A DNA stretch of 64,000 nt from Escherichia coli. GTDB lineage: Bacteria; Pseudomonadota; Gammaproteobacteria; Enterobacterales; Enterobacteriaceae. The first letter of the stretch is position 1. The number at the start of each line of letters is the position of its first letter. Shown here piece after piece: positions 1-10,252 of this stretch. Below the pieces are notes generated by a model. The model did not search any database, was not told the DNA's origin, and worked only from the letters and a program-made list of their open reading frames with translations. The DNA lies in NCBI RefSeq assembly GCF_003334305.1, contig NZ_QOWS01000016.1, one strand, 5' to 3'. Position numbers and translations under genes: made by a program.

Positions 1-252
1 AATGGAAAAAAAGTTCGGTCCGGCTTCGACCCCGACGCAGAAAATAAACAGCATAAAGCCAAGATTAAGCGCATCGGTGTTAATGCTGAAATGTTGTTGG
101 CCTAATAACAGCGATACGACTAAAACGCCAATGGAATTACCCAGTTGGATCGAACCAAGTCGTAACTTTCCGAGACATAGCCCAAGCGCGAGGACCACAA
201 ATAATAACAGAATGTAATTCCCATTTAACAATTCGGCGACGTTTATATTCAC
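1..252 (-). CDS. ybjL: Putative AAE-family transporter YbjL, N-terminal part only; gene continues beyond the left window edge
   Basis: Minus-strand frame running off the left edge translates to (V/M)[28 protein letters not shown]..., a hydrophobic N-terminus matching YbjL; apparent GTG start at ~250-252. Not in ORF track because it is edge-truncated. Confidence 0.7.
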
Positions 253-521
253 GGAGGCTAACTTCTTGTTTACTAGTAAGCTGTTGAAAGAAATGGTAAT
301 TTACGATAATGTTTTTTACCAGAATTCAGGGCGCAGATTCATTCAGCGCACCTAAACGATAGTAAAGTAACAATATATTTTACTAGTGTAATCACATTAG
401 GTATCAACGGCTATATGAATTGCGTTGGCCTATATTAGCATGGAATGCGAAGCGGCTTTATCTTACTGAACGCCACACTGGCGAAAAATGTGTTCGATAG
501 ACGCAGTGTCAGGAGGAACGA

Positions 522-899
522 GTGAAACATAAACAACGTTGGGCGGGGGCAATCTGCTGTTTTGTCCTCTTCATTGTGGTGTGCCTTTTTCTGGCGACGC
601 ACATGAAAGGCGCTTTTCGGGCTGCCGGGCATCCTGAAATCGGCTTGCTATTTTTCATTCTTCCTGGAGCAGTCGCCAGCTTCTTTTCACAGCGTAGAGA
701 AGTCCTGAAACCTCTGTTTGGCGCAATGCTGGCGGCACCCTGTTCGATGCTCATTATGCGGCTGTTTTTTTCACCGACGCGCTCATTCTGGCAAGAGCTG
801 GCATGGTTACTAAGCGCGGTGTTCTGGTGTGCGCTGGGGGCACTGTGTTTCTTATTTATCAGTAGTTTGTTTAAACCACAGCACAGAAAAAATCAGTAA
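522..899 (+). CDS. ybjM: Inner membrane protein YbjM
   Basis: 125-aa ORF with GTG start preceded by AGGAGG; strongly hydrophobic multi-TM protein; divergent from ybjL. Confidence 0.8.
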   Translation: MKHKQRWAGAICCFVLFIVVCLFLATHMKGAFRAAGHPEIGLLFFILPGAVASFFSQRREVLKPLFGAMLAAPCSMLIMRLFFSPTRSFWQELAWLLSAVFWCALGALCFLFISSLFKPQHRKNQ

Positions 900-918
900 A
901 GCCCTCAACGCGAGGGCT
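900..918. terminator. Hairpin between convergent ybjM and grxA (likely grxA terminator, possibly bidirectional)
   Basis: AGCCCTCaacgcGAGGGCT stem-loop; T-run follows on the minus strand. Confidence 0.5.
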
Positions 919-928
919 TGTCAGACGA

Positions 929-1186
929 TCAGGCGTCCAGATTTTCTTTCACCCATGCAGCAAAATCGGTATAGCCGCCGATATGTTGCTGATCGACAAA
1001 AATCTGCGGCACGGTTTCTACGGGTTTACCTGCCTTTTGTTGTAGATCTTCTTTAGTGATCCCTTCCGCACGAATATCTACATACTGATACTGAAAATCA
1101 TCGCGTTCATTGCTCAATTTCTCAGCCAGATCTTTTGCACGCACACAGTAAGGGCAACCCGGACGACCAAAAATAACGGTTTGCAT
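929..1186 (-). CDS. grxA: Glutaredoxin 1
   Basis: ORF track 929..1201 trimmed to internal ATG (MQTVIFGR.GCPYC...); CPYC active site; GAGGAGA RBS upstream of the trimmed start. Confidence 0.9.
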   Translation of the reverse strand: MQTVIFGRPGCPYCVRAKDLAEKLSNERDDFQYQYVDIRAEGITKEDLQQKAGKPVETVPQIFVDQQHIGGYTDFAAWVKENLDA

Positions 1187-1345
1187 TATTTCTCTCCTCA
1201 TAGATTTATGCCTGTAATGATCACGCTAAAATGTATTCGCTGAAAGTAGGTTTAACCTGTTGCATTAATTGCTAAAAGCTATAACTGTTAAACACAATAC
1301 AGTGAAAAGTTTTAGACTGAAGGCTCACTTTGCAGAGGGAAGCGT

Positions 1346-1633
1346 ATGCGCGCGATCGGTAAATTGCCTAAAAGCGTGTTGATACTGGAATTTATCGGAA
1401 TGATGTTGCTGGCGGTGGCGCTGCTGTCGGTAAGCGACTCCCTGTCGCTGCCTGAGCCATTTTCTCGGCCAGAAGTGCAGATTCTGATGATTTTTCTCGG
1501 TGTTTTGCTCATGCTTCCCGCTGCGGTGGTGGTTATTCTTCAGGTGGCAAAACGTCTTGCCCCACAGCTGATGAACCGTCCACCGCAATATTCACGTTCA
1601 GAAAGAGAAAAAGATAATGACGCCAACCATTGA
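1346..1633 (+). CDS. ybjC: Small inner-membrane protein YbjC
   Basis: 95-aa ORF, hydrophobic; overlaps nfsA start by 17 bp (operon arrangement ybjC-nfsA-rimK-ybjN). Confidence 0.8.
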   Translation: MRAIGKLPKSVLILEFIGMMLLAVALLSVSDSLSLPEPFSRPEVQILMIFLGVLLMLPAAVVVILQVAKRLAPQLMNRPPQYSRSEREKDNDANH

Positions 1634-2339
1634 ACTTATTTGTGGCCATCGCTCCATTCGCCATTTCACTGATGAACCCATTTCCGAAGCGCAGCGTGAG
1701 GCGATTATTAACAGCGCCCGTGCGACGTCCAGTTCCAGTTTTTTGCAGTGCAGTAGCATTATTCGCATTACCGACAAAGCGTTACGTGAAGAACTGGTGA
1801 CGCTGACCGGCGGGCAAAAACACGTAGCGCAAGCGGCGGAGTTCTGGGTGTTCTGTGCCGACTTTAACCGCCATTTACAGATCTGTCCGGATGCTCAGCT
1901 CGGCCTGGCGGAACAACTGTTGCTCGGTGTCGTTGATACGGCAATGATGGCGCAGAATGCATTAATCGCAGCGGAATCGCTGGGATTGGGCGGGGTATAT
2001 ATCGGCGGCCTGCGCAATAATATTGAAGCGGTGACGAAACTGCTTAAATTACCGCAGCATGTTCTGCCGCTGTTTAGGCTGTGCCTTGGCTGGCCAGCGG
2101 ATAATCCGGATCTTAAGCCGCGTTTACCGGCCTCCATTTTGGTGCATGAAAACAGCTATCAACCGCTGGATAAAGGCGCACTGGCTCAGTATGACGAGCA
2201 ACTGGCGGAATATTACCTCACCCGTGGCAGCAATAATCGCCGGGATACCTGGAGCGATCATATCCGCCGAACAATCATTAAAGAAAGCCGCCCATTTATT
2301 CTGGATTATTTGCACAAACAGGGTTGGGCGACGCGCTAA
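1617..2339 (+). CDS. nfsA: Oxygen-insensitive NADPH nitroreductase NfsA
   Basis: 240-aa ORF; sequence recognised as NfsA (MTPTIELICGHRSIRHFTDEPISEAQREAII...). Confidence 0.9.
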   Translation: MTPTIELICGHRSIRHFTDEPISEAQREAIINSARATSSSSFLQCSSIIRITDKALREELVTLTGGQKHVAQAAEFWVFCADFNRHLQICPDAQLGLAEQLLLGVVDTAMMAQNALIAAESLGLGGVYIGGLRNNIEAVTKLLKLPQHVLPLFRLCLGWPADNPDLKPRLPASILVHENSYQPLDKGALAQYDEQLAEYYLTRGSNNRRDTWSDHIRRTIIKESRPFILDYLHKQGWATR

Positions 2340-2399
2340 AACCGCCACGTCGATGTATGATACGCGGGCTTTTGACCAGGTCTGACAGAGAGGTGCAGG

Positions 2400-3302
2400 G
2401 TGAAAATTGCCATATTGTCCCGGGATGGAACGCTCTATTCGTGTAAGCGGCTGCGTGAAGCCGCTATACAGCGCGGTCACCTGGTTGAAATTCTTGATCC
2501 GCTTTCTTGCTACATGAACATAAATCCTGCGGCGTCTTCTATTCACTACAAAGGCCGCAAGTTACCCCATTTTGACGCAGTGATCCCGCGTATTGGCACC
2601 GCCATTACCTTTTATGGGACGGCGGCACTGCGCCAGTTCGAGATGCTGGGGAGCTATCCGCTCAATGAGTCGGTCGCCATTGCCCGGGCGCGTGACAAAT
2701 TGCGTTCCATGCAACTGCTGGCGCGTCAGGGCATCGACCTGCCTGTCACGGGCATTGCGCATTCGCCGGATGATACCAGCGATTTAATCGACATGGTCGG
2801 TGGTGCGCCGCTGGTGGTCAAGCTGGTTGAAGGCACGCAGGGAATTGGCGTCGTGTTGGCGGAGACGCGTCAGGCGGCGGAAAGCGTGATTGACGCTTTC
2901 CGCGGTCTGAACGCGCATATTCTGGTGCAGGAATATATCAAAGAGGCGCAAGGGTGCGATATCCGCTGTCTGGTTGTTGGTGATGAAGTGGTCGCTGCGA
3001 TTGAACGGCGAGCGAAAGAGGGCGATTTTCGTTCCAATTTGCATCGTGGCGGCGCGGCAAGCGTCGCCAGTATCACACCACAGGAGCGTGAAATCGCGAT
3101 AAAAGCCGCGCGAACGATGGCGCTGGACGTTGCTGGTGTGGATATTCTGCGTGCTAATCGCGGGCCGTTGGTGATGGAAGTGAATGCGTCGCCAGGGCTG
3201 GAAGGAATAGAAAAAACAACCGGTATCGACATCGCGGGTAAAATGATCCGCTGGATCGAACGCCACGCTACGACGGAATATTGCCTGAAAACGGGTGGTT
3301 AG
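2400..3302 (+). CDS. rimK: Ribosomal protein S6 glutamate ligase RimK (ATP-grasp)
   Basis: 300-aa ORF, GTG start; ATP-grasp fold protein recognised as RimK. Confidence 0.9.
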   Translation: MKIAILSRDGTLYSCKRLREAAIQRGHLVEILDPLSCYMNINPAASSIHYKGRKLPHFDAVIPRIGTAITFYGTAALRQFEMLGSYPLNESVAIARARDKLRSMQLLARQGIDLPVTGIAHSPDDTSDLIDMVGGAPLVVKLVEGTQGIGVVLAETRQAAESVIDAFRGLNAHILVQEYIKEAQGCDIRCLVVGDEVVAAIERRAKEGDFRSNLHRGGAASVASITPQEREIAIKAARTMALDVAGVDILRANRGPLVMEVNASPGLEGIEKTTGIDIAGKMIRWIERHATTEYCLKTGG

Positions 3303-3389
3303 TCGCAATCACATTACTGATCATGGTTTTGCCTGCGCTTTTTGCGTAAGCTGTGCCGGTCTTTTTATCGGAAGAGGTTGTACAAAATT

Positions 3390-3866
3390 ATGACATCGCT
3401 GGTCGTTCCTGGTCTGGATACGTTGCGTCAATGGCTCGATGACCTGGGGATGAGTTTTTTTGAATGTGATAACTGTCAGGCTCTGCATCTGCCCCATATG
3501 CAGAATTTCGACGGTGTCTTTGATGCCAAAATCGATCTGATCGATAACACGATCCTGTTTTCTGCCATGGCGGAAGTCCGACCTTCAGCCGTATTGCCGC
3601 TGGCGGCGGATTTATCTGCCATCAATGCTAGTTCGCTGACCGTGAAAGCATTTCTTGATATGCAGGATGATAATCTGCCAAAGCTGGTGGTTTGCCAGTC
3701 TTTATCCGTTATGCAGGGCGTAACCTATGAGCAGTTTGCATGGTTCGTGCGTCAGAGCGAAGAGCAGATTTCGATGGTCATTCTTGAAGCTAATGCCCAT
3801 CAACTGCTGTTACCGACTGACGATGAAGGGCAAAACAACGTTACCGAAAACTATTTCCTCCACTGA
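3390..3866 (+). CDS. ybjN: YbjN-family putative sensory transduction regulator
   Basis: ORF track 3342..3866 trimmed to internal ATG (MTSLVVPGLDTLRQWLDD...), 158 aa. Confidence 0.8.
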   Translation: MTSLVVPGLDTLRQWLDDLGMSFFECDNCQALHLPHMQNFDGVFDAKIDLIDNTILFSAMAEVRPSAVLPLAADLSAINASSLTVKAFLDMQDDNLPKLVVCQSLSVMQGVTYEQFAWFVRQSEEQISMVILEANAHQLLLPTDDEGQNNVTENYFLH

Positions 3867-4216
3867 TAACTCCTTTCGAGCACGCAGTCGCTGGTGCAGT
3901 GGCTGCGCGCTGCAAAATTATCTGCTGTTTTTAACCTTTTCTTAAAGATTGTTTCACTTATCTTGTGTCGATTTGGCTTTATCACATAGAGCAAATACGC
4001 ATAAAAATTTGTTAAATACCGTTTTTTAATCCGAGCTATAGTCTCAAACCCTGGCTAAAGTTATTCTTGCGATGCTTTTATATAGCGAGCAGTGCTGGCC
4101 GGGAGAGAGTTCTCTTTTCTTACACCGCGCCGATAAAAAATATGCACGTTTATTGCATATCTTTCAGTGTGACAACTTTTGTTCGTTTGTTAACGAACTT
4201 TCAGAAGGAAAGAGAT

Positions 4217-5329
4217 ATGACCGCCTTAAATAAAAAATGGCTATCGGGTCTGGTTGCGGGTGCTCTGATGGCCGTCTCTGTCAGCACGCTCGCGGCTGAA
4301 CAAAAAACACTCCACATTTATAACTGGTCTGATTATATCGCCCCGGACACGGTGGCCAATTTTGAAAAAGAAACCGGTATTAAAGTCGTCTACGATGTTT
4401 TCGACTCTAACGAAGTACTGGAAGGCAAATTAATGGCGGGGAGCACCGGCTTTGACCTGGTGGTGCCGTCAGCAAGCTTTCTTGAACGCCAGCTGACAGC
4501 GGGAGTTTTCCAGCCGCTGGACAAAAGCAAATTGCCGGAGTGGAAGAATCTCGACCCGGAACTGCTGAAGTTGGTCGCCAAACACGATCCCGACAATAAA
4601 TTTGCTATGCCCTATATGTGGGCGACGACCGGGATTGGCTATAACGTCGATAAAGTCAAAGCGGTGCTGGGCGAAAACGCGCCCGTCGATAGCTGGGACT
4701 TGATCCTCAAGCCTGAAAATCTGGAAAAACTGAAAAGCTGTGGCGTCTCTTTCCTGGATGCGCCTGAAGAAGTTTTTGCTACCGTGCTGAATTATCTCGG
4801 CAAAGATCCCAACAGCACTAAAGCAGATGATTACACCGGACCGGCAACCGATCTGCTGTTAAAGCTGCGCCCGAACATTCGTTATTTCCATTCATCGCAA
4901 TACATTAACGACCTGGCAAACGGCGATATTTGCGTCGCTATCGGCTGGGCAGGCGATGTCTGGCAGGCGTCAAACCGCGCGAAGGAAGCGAAGAATGGCG
5001 TGAATGTCTCTTTCTCGATTCCGAAAGAAGGGGCGATGGCGTTCTTTGATGTCTTCGCCATGCCTGCGGATGCCAAAAACAAAGACGAAGCCTATCAGTT
5101 CCTGAATTACCTGCTGCGCCCGGATGTAGTAGCGCATATTTCCGACCATGTGTTCTATGCCAACGCCAATAAAGCAGCCACGCCGCTGGTGAGTGCGGAA
5201 GTCCGTGAGAACCCGGGTATTTATCCGCCTGCGGATGTTCGTGCGAAGCTGTTCACTCTGAAAGTGCAGGACCCGAAAATCGACCGTGTGCGCACCCGCG
5301 CGTGGACCAAAGTGAAGAGCGGAAAATAA
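4217..5329 (+). CDS. potF: Putrescine ABC transporter periplasmic binding protein PotF
   Basis: ORF track 4067..5329 trimmed to ATG at 4217 (MTALNKKWLSGLVAGALMAVSVSTLA signal peptide), 370 aa. Confidence 0.9.
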   Translation: MTALNKKWLSGLVAGALMAVSVSTLAAEQKTLHIYNWSDYIAPDTVANFEKETGIKVVYDVFDSNEVLEGKLMAGSTGFDLVVPSASFLERQLTAGVFQPLDKSKLPEWKNLDPELLKLVAKHDPDNKFAMPYMWATTGIGYNVDKVKAVLGENAPVDSWDLILKPENLEKLKSCGVSFLDAPEEVFATVLNYLGKDPNSTKADDYTGPATDLLLKLRPNIRYFHSSQYINDLANGDICVAIGWAGDVWQASNRAKEAKNGVNVSFSIPKEGAMAFFDVFAMPADAKNKDEAYQFLNYLLRPDVVAHISDHVFYANANKAATPLVSAEVRENPGIYPPADVRAKLFTLKVQDPKIDRVRTRAWTKVKSGK

Positions 5330-5423
5330 TCCGCAGCCTTAGATGCCGGGCGGGCGCACCACACCCGCCGGCAATTCGCACCATCATGGTGCGCTTGCAC
5401 ACATTCAATGCCGGAGAGCTGCC

Positions 5424-6557
5424 GTGAATGACGCTATCCCTCGCCCCCAGGCGAAAACCCGTAAGGCGCTGACGCCGCTATTAGAAATCCGCAACCTGAC
5501 CAAATCCTACGATGGCCAACATGCGGTGGATGATGTCAGCCTGACCATCTACAAAGGTGAAATCTTCGCGCTACTGGGCGCATCCGGCTGTGGCAAGTCC
5601 ACGCTGCTGCGTATGCTGGCAGGTTTTGAACAACCTTCTGCCGGACAGATAATGCTTGATGGCGTCGATTTGTCACAGGTTCCGCCTTACCTGCGCCCCA
5701 TCAATATGATGTTTCAGTCTTACGCGCTGTTTCCGCATATGACCGTGGAACAGAACATCGCTTTTGGCCTGAAACAGGACAAACTACCGAAAGCGGAAAT
5801 TGTCAGCCGGGTCAATGAGATGCTCGGCCTGGTGCATATGCAGGAGTTCGCCAAACGCAAACCGCATCAGCTTTCCGGTGGTCAGCGACAGCGTGTGGCG
5901 CTGGCCCGAAGCCTTGCCAAGCGCCCGAAACTATTACTGCTCGACGAGCCGATGGGCGCGCTGGATAAAAAGCTGCGTGACCGGATGCAGCTTGAAGTGG
6001 TGGATATTCTGGAGCGTGTCGGCGTGACCTGTGTGATGGTCACTCACGATCAGGAAGAGGCGATGACGATGGCGGGACGTATCGCCATTATGAATCGCGG
6101 GAAATTTGTCCAGATTGGCGAGCCAGAAGAGATCTACGAACATCCAACCACCCGCTACAGTGCTGAATTTATCGGTTCGGTTAATGTCTTTGAAGGTGTA
6201 CTCAAAGAGCGTCATGAGGATGGGCTTGTGCTTTATTCGCCTGGGCTGGTGCATCCACTGAAAGTCGACGCGGATGCCTCGGTGGTCGATAACGTGCCGG
6301 TACATGTGGCGCTGCGCCCGGAAAAAATCATGCTTTGCGAAGAGCCGCCCGCCAATGGTTGTAACTTCGCGGTGGGGGAGGTGATACACATTGCCTATCT
6401 CGGCGATCTTTCGGTGTATCACGTTCGTCTGAAAAGTGGGCAGATGATTAGCGCCCAGCTACAAAACGCCCATCGTCATCGTAAAGGGTTACCGACCTGG
6501 GGCGACGAAGTGCGTTTGTGCTGGGAAGTGGACAGCTGTGTGGTGCTGACGGTTTAA
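5424..6557 (+). CDS. potG: Putrescine ABC transporter ATP-binding protein PotG
   Basis: ORF track 5343..6557 trimmed to in-frame GTG (VNDAIPRPQAK...), 377 aa; Walker A GASGCGKST, signature LSGGQRQR. Confidence 0.85.
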   Translation: MNDAIPRPQAKTRKALTPLLEIRNLTKSYDGQHAVDDVSLTIYKGEIFALLGASGCGKSTLLRMLAGFEQPSAGQIMLDGVDLSQVPPYLRPINMMFQSYALFPHMTVEQNIAFGLKQDKLPKAEIVSRVNEMLGLVHMQEFAKRKPHQLSGGQRQRVALARSLAKRPKLLLLDEPMGALDKKLRDRMQLEVVDILERVGVTCVMVTHDQEEAMTMAGRIAIMNRGKFVQIGEPEEIYEHPTTRYSAEFIGSVNVFEGVLKERHEDGLVLYSPGLVHPLKVDADASVVDNVPVHVALRPEKIMLCEEPPANGCNFAVGEVIHIAYLGDLSVYHVRLKSGQMISAQLQNAHRHRKGLPTWGDEVRLCWEVDSCVVLTV

Positions 6558-6566
6558 GGAGCAAAG

Positions 6567-7520
6567 ATGAGTACACTTGAACCTGCTGCCCAGTCGAAAC
6601 CACCGGGCGGATTTAAGCTGTGGTTGTCGCAGCTGCAAATGAAGCATGGGCGCAAACTGGTCATTGCGTTGCCGTATACCTGGTTGATCTTGCTGTTTCT
6701 GCTGCCATTTCTGATTGTCTTTAAAATAAGCCTGGCAGAGATGGCGCGCGCTATTCCACCTTATACCGAACTGATGGAGTGGGCTGACGGGCAACTTTCC
6801 ATCACTCTTAATCTCGGTAATTTTCTGCAACTGACCGACGATCCGCTCTATTTTGATGCTTATCTCCAGTCGTTACAGGTAGCGGTGATTTCGACTATTT
6901 GCTGTTTACTGATCGGCTATCCGCTGGCGTGGGCGGTGGCGCACAGTAAGCCCTCGACCCGTAATATCTTATTACTACTGGTGATCCTGCCGTCGTGGAC
7001 CTCGTTTCTGATCCGCGTTTATGCCTGGATGGGAATATTAAAAAACAACGGTGTGCTGAATAATTTTCTGCTGTGGCTGGGGGTTATCGATCAACCGCTG
7101 ACCATTCTGCATACCAATCTGGCCGTTTATATCGGCATTGTTTACGCTTACGTGCCGTTTATGGTACTGCCGATTTATACCGCGTTGATTCGTATTGATT
7201 ATTCGCTGGTGGAAGCAGCGCTGGATCTCGGTGCACGACCGCTGAAAACGTTCTTTACTGTGATCGTGCCGCTGACTAAAGGTGGGATTATTGCCGGATC
7301 GATGCTGGTGTTTATCCCGGCTGTGGGCGAGTTTGTGATCCCGGAACTGCTCGGTGGCCCGGACAGCATCATGATCGGGCGCGTGCTATGGCAAGAGTTT
7401 TTCAATAACCGCGACTGGCCGGTGGCCTCGGCGGTAGCGATCATCATGTTGCTGCTGCTAATTGTGCCGATAATGTGGTTCCACAAACACCAGCAAAAAA
7501 GCGTGGGAGAACACGGATGA
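6567..7520 (+). CDS. potH: Putrescine ABC transporter permease PotH
   Basis: 317-aa multi-TM ORF following potG; stop overlaps potI start (ATGA). Confidence 0.9.
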   Translation: MSTLEPAAQSKPPGGFKLWLSQLQMKHGRKLVIALPYTWLILLFLLPFLIVFKISLAEMARAIPPYTELMEWADGQLSITLNLGNFLQLTDDPLYFDAYLQSLQVAVISTICCLLIGYPLAWAVAHSKPSTRNILLLLVILPSWTSFLIRVYAWMGILKNNGVLNNFLLWLGVIDQPLTILHTNLAVYIGIVYAYVPFMVLPIYTALIRIDYSLVEAALDLGARPLKTFFTVIVPLTKGGIIAGSMLVFIPAVGEFVIPELLGGPDSIMIGRVLWQEFFNNRDWPVASAVAIIMLLLLIVPIMWFHKHQQKSVGEHG

Positions 7521-8362
7521 ATAATTTACCGGTAGTTCGTTCGCCCTGGCGGATTGTGATTTTGCTGCTGGGCTTTACCTTTCTCTACGCGCCAATGCTG
7601 ATGCTGGTTATCTATTCGTTTAACAGCTCGAAGCTGGTGACGGTGTGGGCCGGCTGGTCAACGCGCTGGTATGGTGAGTTATTGCGCGATGACGCGATGA
7701 TGAGTGCGGTTGGTTTAAGCCTGACAATTGCTGCCTGTGCGGCAACGGCGGCGGCGATCCTCGGGACTATTGCGGCGGTGGTGCTGGTGCGCTTTGGCAG
7801 GTTTCGCGGATCAAATGGCTTTGCCTTTATGATCACCGCGCCGCTGGTGATGCCAGATGTCATCACGGGCTTGTCGCTGTTGTTATTATTCGTCGCGCTT
7901 GCTCATGCCATTGGCTGGCCTGCGGACCGCGGTATGCTCACCATCTGGCTGGCGCATGTCACTTTTTGTACGGCTTATGTGGCGGTCGTTATTTCTTCAA
8001 GATTGCGGGAACTGGATCGCTCGATAGAAGAAGCAGCGATGGATCTCGGTGCGACGCCGCTGAAAGTGTTTTTCGTCATTACGCTACCGATGATCATGCC
8101 CGCGATCATTTCTGGCTGGTTACTGGCTTTTACTTTGTCGCTTGATGATCTGGTGATCGCCAGCTTTGTTTCCGGGCCGGGAGCCACCACGTTACCGATG
8201 CTGGTCTTTTCCAGCGTGCGGATGGGGGTGAATCCGGAAATCAACGCCCTTGCAACGTTAATTCTCGGTGCGGTCGGAATTGTCGGATTTATCGCCTGGT
8301 ATCTGATGGCTCGCGCAGAAAAACAGCGGATACGCGATATCCAGCGTGCAAGACATGGCTGA
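7517..8362 (+). CDS. potI: Putrescine ABC transporter permease PotI
   Basis: ORF track 7475..8362 trimmed to ATG at 7517 (MNNLPVVRSPWRIVILLLGF...), 281 aa. Confidence 0.85.
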   Translation: MNNLPVVRSPWRIVILLLGFTFLYAPMLMLVIYSFNSSKLVTVWAGWSTRWYGELLRDDAMMSAVGLSLTIAACAATAAAILGTIAAVVLVRFGRFRGSNGFAFMITAPLVMPDVITGLSLLLLFVALAHAIGWPADRGMLTIWLAHVTFCTAYVAVVISSRLRELDRSIEEAAMDLGATPLKVFFVITLPMIMPAIISGWLLAFTLSLDDLVIASFVSGPGATTLPMLVFSSVRMGVNPEINALATLILGAVGIVGFIAWYLMARAEKQRIRDIQRARHG

Positions 8363-8392
8363 AGACACTAAAATTTGCCAACCTGGCTACAT

Positions 8393-8420
8393 AATGCCGC
8401 GCATGCCGCGGCATTGTTTT
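8393..8420 (+). terminator. Rho-independent terminator after potFGHI
   Basis: AATGCCGCG-catgc-CGCGGCATT stem followed by GTTTT. Confidence 0.55.
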
Positions 8421-8421
8421 C

Positions 8422-8910
8422 ATGGAAGACGAAACGTTGGGATTTTTTAAGAAAACATCTTCATCTCATGCTCGCCTGAATGTGCCTGCGCTGGTGCAGG
8501 TGGCGGCGCTCGCCATTATTATGATCCGTGGCCTCGACGTGCTGATGATTTTCAATACGCTGGGCGTGCGCGGTATTGGCGAGTTCATTCATCGCAGCGT
8601 ACAAACCTGGAGTTTAACGCTGGTCTTTTTAAGCAGTCTGGTGCTGGTTTTCATTGAGATCTGGTGTGCGTTTTCACTGGTGAAAGGGCGTCGCTGGGCG
8701 CGCTGGCTATATCTGCTGACACAAATCACCGCCGCAAGTTACTTGTGGGCGGCTTCGCTGGGGTACGGTTATCCGGAGCTGTTCAGCATTCCCGGTGAAT
8801 CAAAACGTGAAATCTTCCATAGCCTGATGCTGCAGAAGCTGCCGGATATGCTCATCCTGATGCTGCTGTTCGTTCCCTCGACCAGTCGGCGGTTCTTCCA
8901 GTTGCAATAA
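8422..8910 (+). CDS. ybjO: Inner membrane protein YbjO
   Basis: 162-aa hydrophobic ORF; start assignment uncertain because the ATG directly abuts the upstream terminator T-run. Confidence 0.7.
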   Translation: MEDETLGFFKKTSSSHARLNVPALVQVAALAIIMIRGLDVLMIFNTLGVRGIGEFIHRSVQTWSLTLVFLSSLVLVFIEIWCAFSLVKGRRWARWLYLLTQITAASYLWAASLGYGYPELFSIPGESKREIFHSLMLQKLPDMLILMLLFVPSTSRRFFQLQ

Positions 8911-8950
8911 TGTGTATAATCGTCGCCCCTGATGATGTGAAGGTCAATGT

Positions 8951-10078
8951 ATGCAGTGCGCACTTTACGACGCGGGTCGCTGTCGTTCCTGTCAGTGGAT
9001 AACGCAGCCGATTCCAGAGCAACTCTCCGCTAAAACCGCCGATCTTAAAAATCTGCTCGCCGATTTTCCGGTTGAGGAATGGTGCGCGCCGGTGTCAGGC
9101 CCGGAACAAGGGTTTCGTAATAAAGCCAAAATGGTGGTGAGTGGTAGCGTTGAAAAACCACTGCTCGGTATGCTGCATCGCGACGGCACACCAGAAGACC
9201 TTTGTGACTGCCCGCTTTATCCTGCCTCATTTGCGCCCGTTTTTGCGGCGCTAAAACCGTTTATCGCCCGTGCGGGGCTGACACCCTACAACGTGGCGCG
9301 TAAGCGTGGCGAACTGAAATACATTCTGCTGACTGAAAGCCAGAGCGATGGCGGCATGATGCTGCGCTTTGTACTGCGTTCTGAAACCAAACTGGCACAA
9401 CTGCGTAAGGCGCTGCCGTGGTTACAGGAACAACTACCGCAACTGAAAGTTATTACCGTCAATATTCAGCCGGTACATATGGCGATTATGGAAGGGGAGA
9501 CGGAGATCTACCTTACTGAACAACAGGCGCTGGCAGAGCGTTTTAATGACGTACCGCTGTGGATCCGTCCGCAAAGTTTCTTCCAGACTAATCCGGCGGT
9601 CGCCAGCCAGCTGTACGCTACCGCGCGCGACTGGGTACGGCAGCTGCCAGTTAAACATATGTGGGATCTGTTCTGCGGTGTGGGTGGCTTTGGTTTACAC
9701 TGCGCGACGCCTGACATGCAGTTAACCGGGATCGAAATTGCATCAGAGGCCATTGCCTGTGCAAAGCAGTCAGCCGCTGAACTGGGCTTAACGCGTTTGC
9801 AATTTCAGGCGCTGGACTCCACTCAGTTTGCCACCGCTCAGGGGGAGGTGCCGGAGCTGGTGCTGGTTAATCCGCCGCGCCGCGGCATTGGTAAACCGCT
9901 ATGTGATTATCTCTCAACAATGGCACCGCGTTTTATTATCTACTCCAGCTGTAACGCCCAAACCATGGCGAAAGATATCCGCGAACTGCCAGGTTACCGC
10001 ATCGAACGGGTACAGCTTTTTGATATGTTCCCGCACACCGCGCACTATGAAGTGCTGACGCTGCTGGTGAAGCAATAA
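8951..10078 (+). CDS. rlmC: 23S rRNA (uracil747-C5)-methyltransferase RlmC (RumB)
   Basis: 375-aa ORF; N-terminal Cys cluster ([14 protein letters not shown]) and SAM-methyltransferase core typical of RumA/RumB family. Confidence 0.9.
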
Positions 10079-10128
10079 AAAAGCCGCAGGTGCGGCTTCA
10101 GATTGCTGATCAGGTGCGCTTTGTTCAT

Positions 10129-10227
10129 GCCGGATGCGGCGTGTACGCCTTATCCGGCCTACAAAATCATGCTAAATCAATACATTGCAGAGTTGATGTG
10201 GGCCGGATAAGCGCAGCGCATCAGGCA
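10129..10227. repeat. REP/BIME-type extragenic palindromes between rlmC and artJ
   Basis: Two inverted REP units: GCCGGATGCGGCGTGTACGCCTTATCCGGCCTAC and GGCCGGATAAGCGCAGCGCATCAGGCA. Confidence 0.7.
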
Positions 10228-10252
10228 ATCTTACTTTTGTCATCAGTCTCAA

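Noticed and set aside
4067-4216. N-terminal extensions of ORF-track entries for potF, ycaM, trxB, ybjS, ybjT, artP, artJ, lrp and others
   Set aside because: The extensions lack an RBS and precede the recognisable native N-termini (signal peptides, Rossmann motifs); internal starts were chosen instead.
3867-4216. Sigma-54 (GG-N10-GC) promoter upstream of potF
   Set aside because: I expected one from memory of Ntr control of potFGHI, but found no clean TGGCAC-N5-TTGCA match by eye and did not want to assert one.
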